Below, piece by piece: positions 1 through 12,000 of a DNA stretch of 64,000 bases (positions are counted from its first letter, which is position 1; every line of letters starts with the position of its first letter). Below the pieces are notes generated by a model. It was given only the letters and a program-made list of their open reading frames with translations, did not search any database and was not told the DNA's origin. Source of the stretch: Eledone cirrhosa (Eukaryota); contig OZ024752.1 in assembly GCA_964016885.1 (NCBI GenBank), positions 29,636,001 through 29,700,000 on the forward strand, in the 5' to 3' direction. Both the position numbers and the translations under genes were made by a program.

Positions 1-3000
1 GGGGGAGGGGTTCTTTTCTGAAGACTTTCTGCTGTCCAGCTCTCCCAGGCCAAAACACTTGCTTGGGGAGGGGGAGGGGTTCTTTTCTGAAGACTTTCTG
101 CTGTCCAGCTCTCCCAGTCCAAAACACTTGCTTGGGGAGGGGGAGGGATTCTTTTCTGAAGACTTTCTGCTGTCCAGCTCTCCCAGTCCAAAACACTTGC
201 TTGGGGAGGGGGAGGGGTTCTTTTCTGAAGACTTTCTGCTGTCCAGCTCTCCCAGGCCAAAACACTTGCTTGGGGAGGGGGAGGGGTTCTTTTCTGAAGA
301 CCTTCTGCTGTCCAGCTCTCCCAGTCCAAAACACTTGCTTGGGGAGGGGGAGGGGTTCTTTTCTGAAGACTTTGTGCTGTCCAGCTCTGCCAGTCCAAAA
401 CACTTGCTTGGGGAGGGGGATGGATTCTTTTCTGAAGACTTTCTGCTGTCCAGCCCTCCCAGGCCAAAACACTTGCTTGGGGAGGGGGAGGGGTTCTTTT
501 CTGAAGACTTTCTGCTGTCCAGCTCTCCCAGTCCAAAACACTTGCTTGGGGAGGGGGAGGGGTTCTTTTCTGAAGACTTTCTGCTGTCCAGCCCTCCCAG
601 GCCAAAACACTTGCTTGGGGAGGGGGAGGGGTTCTTTTCTGAAGACTTTCTGCTGTCCAGCCCTCCCAGGCCAAAACACTTGCTTGGGGATGGGGAGGGG
701 TTCTTTTCTGAAGACTTTGTGCTGTCCAGCTCTCCCAGTCCAAAACACTTGCTTGGGGAGGGGGAGGGGTTCTTTTCTGAAGACTTTCTGCTGTCCAGCC
801 CTCCCAGGCCAAAACACTTGCTTGGGGAGGGGGAGGGGTTCTTTTCTGAAGACTTTCTGCTGTCCAGCCCTCCCAGGCCAAAACACTTGCTTGGGGAGGG
901 GGATGGATTCTTTTCTGAAGACTTTCTGCTGTCCAGCCCTCCCAGGCCAAAACACTTGCTTGGGGAGGGGGAGGGGTTCTTTTCTGAAGACTTTCTGCTG
1001 TCCAGCTCTCCCAGTCCAAAACACTTGCTTGGGGAGGGGGAGGGGTTCTTTTCTGAATACTATCTGCTGTCCATCTCTCCCAGTCCAAAACACTTGCTTG
1101 GGGAGGGGGAGGGATTCTTTTCTGAAGACCTTCTGCTGTCCAGCTCTCCCAGTCCAAAACACTTGCTTGGGGAGGGGGAGGGATTCTTTTCTGAAGACCT
1201 TCTGCTGTCCAGCTCTCCCAGTCCATAACACTTGCTTGGGGAGGGCGAGGGATTCTTTTCTGAAGACCTTCTGCTGTCCAGCTCTCCCAGTCCAAAACAC
1301 TTGCTTGGGGAGGGGGAGGGATTCTTTTCTGAAGACTTTCTGCTGTCCAGCTCTCCCAGTCCAAAACACTTGCTTGGGGAGGGGGAGGGGTTCTTTTCTG
1401 AAGACCTTCTGCTGTCCAGCTCTCCCAGTCCAAAACACTTGCTTGGGGAGGGGGAGGGATTTTTTTCTGAAGACCTTCTGCAGTCCAGCTCTCCCAGTCC
1501 AAAACACTTGCTTGGGGAGGGGGAGGTGTTCTTTTCTGAAGACTTTCTGCTGTCCAGCTCTCCCAGTCCAAAACACTTGCTTGGGGAGGGGGAGGGGTTC
1601 TTTTCTGAATACTATCTGCTGTCCATCTCTCCCAGTCCAAAACACTTGCTTGGGGAGGGGGATGGATTCTTTTCTGAAGACCTTCTGCTGTCCAGCTCTC
1701 CCAGTCCAAAACACTTGCTTGGGGAGGGGGAGGGATTCGTTTCTGAAGACCTTCTGCTGTCCAGCTCTCCCAGTCCAAAACACTTGCTTGGGGAGGGGGA
1801 GGGATTCTTTTCTGAAGACCTTCTGCTGTCCAGCTCTCCCAGTCCAAAACACTTGCTTGGGGAGGGGGAGGGATTCTTTTCTGAAGACTTTCTGCTGTCC
1901 AGCTCTCCCAGTCCGAAACACTTGCTTGGGGAGGGGGAGGGGTTCTTTTCTGAAGACTTTCTGCTGTCCAGCTCTGCCAGTCCAAAACACTTGCTTGGGG
2001 AGGGGGAGGGATTCTTTTCTGAAGACCTTCTGCTGTCCAGCTCTCCCAGTCCAAAACACTTGCTTGGGGAGGGGGAGGGATTCTTTTCTGAAGACCTTCT
2101 GCTGTCCAGCTCTCCCAGTCCAAAACACTTGCTTGGGGAGGGGGAGGGGTTCTTTTCTGAAGACTTTCTGCTGTCCTGCTCTCCCAGTCCAAAACACTTG
2201 CTTGGGGAGGGGGAGGGATTCTTTTCTGAAGACCTTCTGCTGTCCAGCTCTCCCAGTCCAAAACACTTGCTTGGGGAGGGGGAGGGATTCTTTCCTGAAG
2301 GCCTTCTGCTGTCCAGCTCTCCCAGTCCAAAAGACTTGCTTGGGGAGGGGGTGGGATTCTTTTCTGAAGACCTTCTGCTGTTCAGCTCTCCCAGTCCAAA
2401 ACACTTGCTTGGGGAGGGGGAGGGGTTCTTTTCTGAAGACTTTCTGCTGTCCTGCTCTCCCAGTCCAAAAGACTTGCTTGGGGAGGGGGAGGGATTCTTT
2501 TCTGAAGACCTTCTGCTGTCCTGCTCTCCCAGTCCAAAACACTTGCTTGGGGAGGGGGAGGGATTCTTTACTGAAGACTTTCTGCTGTCCTGCTCTCCCA
2601 GTCCAAAACACTTGCTTGGGGAGGGGGAGGGATTCTTTTCTGAAGACTTTCTGCTGTCCTGCTCTCCCAGTCCAAAACACTTGCTTGGGGAGGAGGAGGG
2701 ATTCTTTTCTGAAGACCTTCTGCTGTCCTGCTCTCCCAGTCCAAAACACTTGCTTGGGGAGGAGGAGGGATTCTTTTCTGAAGACCTTCTGCTGTCCAGC
2801 TCTCCCAGTCCAAAACACTTGCTTGGGGAGGGGGAGGGGTTCTTTTCTGAAGACCTTCTGCTGTCCAGCTCTCCCAGTCCAAAACACTTGCTTGGGGAGG
2901 GGGAGGGGTTCTTTTCTGAAGACCTTCTGCTGTCCAGCCCTCCCAGTCCAAAACACTTGCTTGGGGAGGGGGAGGGGTTCTTTTCTGAAGACTTTCTGCT

Positions 3001-6000
3001 GTCCAGCTCTCCCAGTCCAAAACACTTGCTTGGGGAGGGGGAGGGGTTCTTTTCTGAAGACCTTCTGCTGTCCAGCTCTCCCAGGCCAAAAAACTTGCTT
3101 GGGGAGGGGGAGGGATTCTTTTCTGAAGACTTTCTGCTGTCCAGCTCTCCCAGTCCAAAACACTTGCTTGGGGAGGGGGAGGGGTTCTTTTCTGAAGACT
3201 TTCTGCAGTCCAGCTCTCCCAGTCCAAAACACTTGCTTGGGGAGGGGGAGGTGTTCTTTTCTGAAGACCTTCTGCTGTCCAGCTCTCCCAGTCCAAAACA
3301 CTTGCTTGGGGAGGGGGAGGGATTCTTTTCTGAAGACCTTCTGCTGTCCAGCTCTCCCAGTCCAAAACACTTGCTTGGGGAGGGGGAGGGATTCTTTTCT
3401 GAATACTCTGTGCTGTCCAGCTCTCCCAGTCCAAAACACTTGCTAGGGGAGGGGGAGGGGTTCTTTTCTGAAGACTTTCTGCTGTCCAGCTCTCCCAGGC
3501 CAAAACACTTGCTTGGGGAGGGGTAGGGGTTCTTTTCTGAAGACCTTCTGCTGTCCAGCTCTGCCAGACCAAAACACTTGCTTGGGGAGGGGGATGGATT
3601 CTTTTCTGAAGACCTTCTGCTGTCCAGCTCTCCCAGTCCAAAACACTTGCTTGGGGAGGGGGAGGGATTCTTTTCTGAAGACCTTCTGCTGTCCAGCTCT
3701 CCCAGTCCAAAACACTTGCTTGGGGAGGGCGAGGGATTCTTTTTTGAAGACCTTCTGCTGTCCAGCTCTCCCAGTCCAAAACACTTGCTTGGGGAGGGGG
3801 AGGGATTCTTTTCTGAAGACTTTCTGCTGTCCAGCTCTCCCAGTCCAAAACACTTGCTTGGGGAGGGGGAGGGGTTCTTTTCTGAAGACTTTCTGCTGTC
3901 CAGCTCTGCCAGTCCAAAACACTTGCTTGGGGAGGGGGAGGGATTCTTTTCTGAAGACCTTCTGCTGTCCAGCTCTCCCAGTCCAAAACACTTGCTTGGG
4001 GAGGGGGAGGGATTCTTTTCTGAAGACCTTCTGCTGTCCAGCTCTCCCAGTCCAAAACACTTGCTTGGGGAGGGGGAGGGATTCTTTCCTGAAGGCCTTC
4101 TGCTGTCCAGCTCTCCCAGTCCAAAAGACTTGCTTGGGGAGGGGGTGGGATTCTTTTCTGAAGACCTTCTGCTTTACAGCTCTCCCAGTCCAAAACACTT
4201 GCTTGGGGAGGGGGAGGGGTTCTTTTCTGAAGACTTTCTGCTGTCCTGCTCTCCCAGTCCAAAACACTTGCTTGGGGAGGGGGAGGGATTCTTTTCTGAA
4301 GACCTTCTGCTGTCCTGCTCTCCCAGTCCAAAACACTTGCTTGGGGAGGGGGAGGGATTCTTTACTGAAGACTTTCTGCTGTCCTGCTCTCCCAGTCCAA
4401 AACACTTGCTTGGGGAGGGGGAGGGATTCTTTTCTGAAGACTTTCTGCTGTCCTGCTCTCCCAGTCCAAAACACTTGCTTGGGGAGGAGGAGGGATTCTT
4501 TTCTGAAGACCTTCTGCTGTCCAGCTCTCCCAGTCCAAAACACTTGCTTGTGGAGGAGGAGGGATTCTTTTCTGAAGACCTTCTGCTGTCCAGCTCTCCC
4601 AGTCCAAAACACTTGCTTGGGGAGGGGGAGGGGTTCTTTTCTGAAGACCTTCTGCTGTCCAGCTCTCCCAGTCCAAAACACTTGCTTGGGGAGGGGGAGG
4701 GGTTCTTTTCTGAAGACCTTCTGCTGTCCAGCCCTCCCAGTCCAAAACACATGCTTGGGGAGGGGGAGGGGTTCTTTTCTGAAGACTTTCTGCTGTCCAG
4801 CTCTCCCAGTCCAAAACACTTGCTTGGGGAGGGGGAGGGGTTCTTTACTGAAGACCTTCTGCTGTCCAGCTCTCCCAGGCCAAAAAACTTGCTTGGGGAG
4901 GGGGAGGGATCCTTTTCTGAAGACTTTCTGCTGTCCAGCTCTCCCAGTCCAAAACACTTGCTTGGGGAGGGAGAGGGGTTCTTTTCTGAAGACCTTCTGC
5001 TGTCCAGCTCTCCCAGTCCAAAACACTTGCTTGGGGAGGGGGAGGTGTTCTTTTCTGAAGACTTTCTGCTCTCCAGCTCTCCCAGTCCAAAACACTTGCT
5101 TGGGGAGGGGGAGGGATTCTTTTCTGAAGACCTTCTGCTGTCCAGCTCTCCCAGTCCAAAACACTTGCTTGGGGAGGGGGAGGGATTCTTTTCTGAAGAC
5201 CTTCTGCTGTCCAGCTCTCCCAGTCCAAAACACTTGCTTGGGGAGGGGGAGGGATTCTTTTCTGAATACTTTGTGCTGTCCAGCTCTCCCAGTCCAAAAC
5301 ACTTGCTTGGGGAGGGGGAGGGGTTCTTTTCTGAAGACTTTCTGCTGTCCAGCTCTCCCAGGCCAAAACACTTGCTTGGGGAGGGGTAGGGGTTCTTTTC
5401 TGAAGACTTTCTGCTGTCCAGCTCCGCCAGTCCAAAACACTTGCTTGGGGAGGGGGAGGGGTTCTTGTCTGAAGACTTTGTGCTGTCCAGCTCTCCCAGT
5501 CCAAAACACTTGCTTGGGGAGGGGGAGGGGTTCTTTTCTGAAGACCTTCTGCTGTCCAGCTCCGCCAGTCCAAAACACTTGCTTGGGGAGGGGGAGGGGT
5601 TCTTGTCTGAAGACTTCGTGCTGTCCAGCTCTCCCAGTCCAAAACACTTGCTTGGGGAGGGGGAGGGGTTCTTTTCTGAAGACCTTCTGCTGTCCAGCTC
5701 CGCCAGTCCAAAACACTTGCTTGGGGAGGGGGAGGGGTTCTTGTCTGAAGACTTCGTGCTGTCCAGCTCTCCCAGTCCAAAACACTTGCTTGGGGAGGGG
5801 GAGGGGTTCTTTTCTGAAGACCTTCTGCTGTCCAGCTCCGCCAGTCCAAAACACTTGCTTGGGGAGGGGGAGGGGTTCTTGTCTGAAGACTTCGTGCTGT
5901 CCAGCTCTCCCAGTCCAAAACACTTGCTTGGGGAGGGGGAGGGGTTCTTTTCTGAAGACCTTCTGCTGTCCAGCTCCGCCAGTCCAAAACACTTGCTTGG

Positions 6001-9000
6001 GGAGGGGGAGGGGTTCTTGTCTGAAGACTTCGTGCTGTCCAGCTCTCCCAGTCCAAAACACTTGCTTGGGGAGGGGGAGGGGTTCTTTTCTGAAGACCTT
6101 CTGCTGTCCAGCTCCGCCAGTCCAAAACACTTGCTTGGGGAGGGGGAGGGGTTCTTGTCTGAAGACTTCGTGCTGTCCAGCTCTCCCAGTCCAAAACACT
6201 TGCTTGGGGAGGGGGAGGGGTTCTTTTCTGAAGACCTTCTGCTGTCCAGCTCCGCCAGTCCAAAACACTTGCTTGGGGAGGGGGAGGGGTTCTTGTCTGA
6301 AGACTTCGTGCTGTCCAGCTCTCCCAGTCCAAAACACTTGCTTGGGGAGGGGGAGGGGTTCTTTTCTGAAGACCTTCTGCTGTCCAGCTCCGCCAGTCCA
6401 AAACACTTGCTTGGGGAGGGGGAGGGGTTCTTGTCTGAAGACTTCGTGCTGTCCAGCTCTCCCAGTCCAAAACACTTGCTTGGGGAGGGGGAGGGGTTCT
6501 TTTCTGAAGACCTTCTGCTGTCCAGCTCCGCCAGTCCAAAACACTTGCTTGGGGAGGGGGAGGGGTTCTTGTCTGAAGACTTCGTGCTGTCCAGCTCTCC
6601 CAGTCCAAAACACTTGCTTGGGGAGGGGGAGGGGTTCTTTTCTGAAGACTTTGTGCTGTCCAGCTCTCCCAGTCCAAAACACTTGCTTGGGGAGGGGGAG
6701 GGGTTCTTGTCTGAAGACTTCGTGCTGTCCAGCTCTCCCAGTCCAAAACACTTGCTTGGGGAGGGGGAGGGGTTCTTTTCTGAAGACTTTCTGCTGTCCA
6801 GCTCTCCCAGTCCAAAACACTTGCTTGGGGAGGGGGAGGGGTTCTTTTCTGAAGACCTTCTGCTGTCCAGCTCTCCCAGTCCAAAACACTTGCTTGGGGA
6901 GGGGGAGGGATTTTTTTCTGAAGACCTTCTGCAGTCTAGCTCTCCCAGTCCAAAACACTTGCTTGGGGAGGGGGAGGGATTCTTTTCTGAAGACCTTCTG
7001 CTGTCCAGCTCTCCCAGTCCAAAACACTTGCTTGGGGAGGGGGAGGGATTCTTTTCTGAAGACCTTCTGCTGTCCAGCTCTCCCAGTCCAAAACACTTGC
7101 TTGGGGAGGGGGAGGGGTTCTTTTCTGAAGACTTTCTGCTGTCCAGCTCTCCCAGTCCAAAACACTTGCTTGGGGAGGGGGAGGGATTCTTTCCTGAAGG
7201 CCTTCTGCTGTCCTGCTCTCCCAGTCCAAAACACTTGCTTGGGGAGGGGGAGGGATTCTTTACTGAAGACTTTCTGCTGTCCAGCTCTCCCAGTCCAAAA
7301 CACTTGCTTGGGGAGGGGGAGGGATTCTTTCCTGAAGACCTTCTGCTGTCCAGCTCTCCCAGTCCAAAACACTTGCTTGGGGAGGGGGAGGGATTCTTTT
7401 CTGAAGACCTTCTGCTGTCCAGCTCTCCCAGTCCAAAACACTTGCTTGGGGAGGGGGAGGGATTCTTTCCTGAAGGCCTTCTGCTGTCCAGCTCTCCCAG
7501 TCCAAAAGACTTGCTTGGGGAGGGGGTGGGATTCTTTTCTGAAGACCTTCTGCTTTACAGCTCTCCCAGTCCAAAACACTTGCTTGGGGAGGGGGAGGGG
7601 TTCTTTTCTGAAGACTTTCTGCTGTCCTGCTCTCCCAGTCCAAAACACTTGCTTGGGGAGGGGGAGGGATTCTTTTCTGAAGACCTTCTGCTGTCCTGCT
7701 CTCCCAGTCCAAAACACTTGCTTGGGGAGGGGGAGGGATTCTTTACTGAAGACTTTCTGCTGTCCTGCTCTCCCAGTCCAAAACACTTGCTTGGGGAGGG
7801 GGAGGGATTCTTTTCTGAAGACTTTCTGCTGTCCTGCTCTCCCAGTCCAAAACACTTGCTTGGGGAGGAGGAGGGATTCTTTTCTGAAGACCTTCTGCTG
7901 TCCAGCTCTCCCAGTCCAAAACACTTGCTTGTGGAGGAGGAGGGATTCTTTTCTGAAGACCTTCTGCTGTCCAGCTCTCCCAGTCCAAAACACTTGCTTG
8001 GGGAGGGGGAGGGGTTCTTTTCTGAAGACCTTCTGCTGTCCAGCTCTCCCAGTCCAAAACACTTGCTTGGGGAGGGGGAGGGGTTCTTTTCTGAAGACCT
8101 TCTGCTGTCCAGCCCTCCCAGTCCAAAACACATGCTTGGGGAGGGGGAGGGGTTCTTTTCTGAAGACTTTCTGCTGTCCAGCTCTCCCAGTCCAAAACAC
8201 TTGCTTGGGGAGGGGGAGGGGTTCTTTACTGAAGACCTTCTGCTGTCCAGCTCTCCCAGGCCAAAAAACTTGCTTGGGGAGGGGGAGGGATCCTTTTCTG
8301 AAGACTTTCTGCTGTCCAGCTCTCCCAGTCCAAAACACTTGCTTGGGGAGGGAGAGGGGTTCTTTTCTGAAGACCTTCTGCTGTCCAGCTCTCCCAGTCC
8401 AAAACACTTGCTTGGGGAGGGGGAGGTGTTCTTTTCTGAAGACTTTCTGCTCTCCAGCTCTCCCAGTCCAAAACACTTGCTTGGGGAGGGGGAGGGATTC
8501 TTTTCTGAAGACCTTCTGCTGTCCAGCTCTCCCAGTCCAAAACACTTGCTTGGGGAGGGGGAGGGATTCTTTTCTGAAGACCTTCTGCTGTCCAGCTCTC
8601 CCAGTCCAAAACACTTGCTTGGGGAGGGGGAGGGATTCTTTTCTGAATACTTTGTGCTGTCCAGCTCTCCCAGTCCAAAACACTTGCTTGGGGAGGGGGA
8701 GGGGTTCTTTTCTGAAGACTTTCTGCTGTCCAGCTCTCCCAGGCCAAAACACTTGCTTGGGGAGGGGTAGGGGTTCTTTTCTGAAGACTTTCTGCTGTCC
8801 AGCTCCGCCAGTCCAAAACACTTGCTTGGGGAGGGGGAGGGGTTCTTGTCTGAAGACTTTGTGCTGTCCAGCTCTCCCAGTCCAAAACACTTGCTTGGGG
8901 AGGGGGAGGGGTTCTTTTCTGAAGACCTTCTGCTGTCCAGCTCCGCCAGTCCAAAACACTTGCTTGGGGAGGGGGAGGGGTTCTTGTCTGAAGACTTCGT

Positions 9001-12000
9001 GCTGTCCAGCTCTCCCAGTCCAAAACACTTGCTTGGGGAGGGGGAGGGGTTCTTTTCTGAAGACCTTCTGCTGTCCAGCTCCGCCAGTCCAAAACACTTG
9101 CTTGGGGAGGGGGAGGGGTTCTTGTCTGAAGACTTCGTGCTGTCCAGCTCTCCCAGTCCAAAACACTTGCTTGGGGAGGGGGAGGGGTTCTTTTCTGAAG
9201 ACCTTCTGCTGTCCAGCTCCGCCAGTCCAAAACACTTGCTTGGGGAGGGGGAGGGGTTCTTGTCTGAAGACTTCGTGCTGTCCAGCTCTCCCAGTCCAAA
9301 ACACTTGCTTGGGGAGGGGGAGGGGTTCTTTTCTGAAGACCTTCTGCTGTCCAGCTCCGCCAGTCCAAAACACTTGCTTGGGGAGGGGGAGGGGTTCTTG
9401 TCTGAAGACTTCGTGCTGTCCAGCTCTCCCAGTCCAAAACACTTGCTTGGGGAGGGGGAGGGGTTCTTTTCTGAAGACCTTCTGCTGTCCAGCTCCGCCA
9501 GTCCAAAACACTTGCTTGGGGAGGGGGAGGGGTTCTTGTCTGAAGACTTCGTGCTGTCCAGCTCTCCCAGTCCAAAACACTTGCTTGGGGAGGGGGAGGG
9601 GTTCTTTTCTGAAGACCTTCTGCTGTCCAGCTCCGCCAGTCCAAAACACTTGCTTGGGGAGGGGGAGGGGTTCTTGTCTGAAGACTTCGTGCTGTCCAGC
9701 TCTCCCAGTCCAAAACACTTGCTTGGGGAGGGGGAGGGGTTCTTTTCTGAAGACCTTCTGCTGTCCAGCTCCGCCAGTCCAAAACACTTGCTTGGGGAGG
9801 GGGAGGGGTTCTTGTCTGAAGACTTCGTGCTGTCCAGCTCTCCCAGTCCAAAACACTTGCTTGGGGAGGGGGAGGGGTTCTTTTCTGAAGACCTTCTGCT
9901 GTCCAGCTCCGCCAGTCCAAAACACTTGCTTGGGGAGGGGGAGGGGTTCTTGTCTGAAGACTTCGTGCTGTCCAGCTCTCCCAGTCCAAAACACTTGCTT
10001 GGGGAGGGGGAGGGGTTCTTTTCTGAAGACTTTGTGCTGTCCAGCTCTCCCAGTCCAAAACACTTGCTTGGGGAGGGGGAGGGGTTCTTGTCTGAAGACT
10101 TCGTGCTGTCCAGCTCTCCCAGTCCAAAACACTTGCTTGGGGAGGGGGAGGGGTTCTTTTCTGAAGACTTTCTGCTGTCCAGCTCTCCCAGTCCAAAACA
10201 CTTGCTTGGGGAGGGGGAGGGGTTCTTTTCTGAAGACCTTCTGCTGTCCAGCTCTCCCAGTCCAAAACACTTGCTTGGGGAGGGGGAGGGATTTTTTTCT
10301 GAAGACCTTCTGCAGTCTAGCTCTCCCAGTCCAAAACACTTGCTTGGGGAGGGGGAGGGATTCTTTTCTGAAGACCTTCTGCTGTCCAGCTCTCCCAGTC
10401 CAAAACACTTGCTTGGGGAGGGGGAGGGATTCTTTTCTGAAGACCTTCTGCTGTCCAGCTCTCCCAGTCCAAAACACTTGCTTGGGGAGGGGGAGGGGTT
10501 CTTTTCTGAAGACTTTCTGCTGTCCAGCTCTCCCAGTCCAAAACACTTGCTTGGGGAGGGGGAGGGATTCTTTCCTGAAGGCCTTCTGCTGTCCTGCTCT
10601 CCCAGTCCAAAACACTTGCTTGGGGAGGGGGAGGGATTCTTTACTGAAGACTTTCTGCTGTCCAGCTCTCCCAGTCCAAAACACTTGCTTGGGGAGGGGG
10701 AGGGATTCTTTCCTGAAGGCCTTCTGCTGTCCTGCTCTCCCAGTCCAAAACACTTGCTTGGGGAGGGGGAGGGATTCTTTTCTGAAGACTTTCTGCTGTC
10801 CAGCTCTCCCAGTCCAAAACACTTGCTTGGGGAGGGGGAGGGATTCTTTCCTGAAGGCCTTCTGCTGTCCTGCTCTCCCAGTCCAAAACACTTGCTTGGG
10901 TAGGGGGAGGGATTCTTTTCTGAAGACCTTCTGCTGTCCAGCTCTCCCAGTCCAAAACACTTGCTTGGGGAGGGGGAGGGGTTCTTTTCTGAAGACTTTG
11001 TGCTGTCCAGCTCTCCCAGTCCAAACACTTGCTTGGGAAGGGGGAGGGATTCTTTTCTGAAGACTTTCTGCTGTCCAGCTCTCCCAGTCCAAAACACTTG
11101 CTTGGGGAGGGGGAGGGATTCTTTTCTGAAGACTTTCTGCTGTCCAGCTCTCCCAGTCCAAAACACTTGCTTGGGGAGGGGGAGGGGTTCTTTTCTGAAG
11201 ACTTTGTGCTGTCCAGCTCTCCCAGTCCAAAAGACTTGCTTGGGGAGGGGGAGGGGTTCTTTTCTGAAGACTTTCTGCTGTCCTGCTCTCCCAGTCCAAA
11301 ACACTTGCTTGGGGAGGGGGAGGGATTCTTTTCTGAAGACTTTCTGCTGTCCTGCTCTCCCAGTCCAAAAGACTTGCTTGGGGAGAGGGAGGGGTTCTTT
11401 TCTGATGACTTTCTGCTGTCCAGCTCTCCCAGTCCAAAACACTTGCTTGGGGAGGGGGAGGGGTTCTTTTCTGAAGACTTTGTGCTGTCCAGCTCTCCCA
11501 GTCCAAAACACTTGCTTGGGGAGGGGGAGGGATTCTTTTCTGAAGACCTTCTGCTGTCCAGCTCTCCCAGTCCAAAACACTTGCTTGGGGAGGGGGAGGG
11601 GTTCTTTTCTGAAGACTTTCTGCTGTCCAGCTCTCCCAGTCCAAAACACTTGCTTGGGGAGGGGGAGGGGTTCTTTTCTGAAGACTTTCTGCTGTCCAGC
11701 TCTCCCAGTCCAAAAGACTTGCTTGGGGAGGGGGAGGGGTTCTTTTCTGAAGACTTTCTGCTGTCCTGCTCTCCCAGTCCAAAACACTTGCTTGGGGACG
11801 GGGAGGGATTCTTTTCTGAAGACCTTCTGCTGTCCAGCTCTCCCAGTCCAAAACACTTGCTTGGGGAGGGGGAGGGATTCTTTTCTGAAGACCTTCTGCT
11901 GTCCAGCTCTCCCAGTCCAAAACACTTGCTTGGGGAGGGGGAGGGGTTCTTTTCTGAAGACTTTCTGCTGTCCTGCTCTCCCAGTCCAAAACACTTGCTT

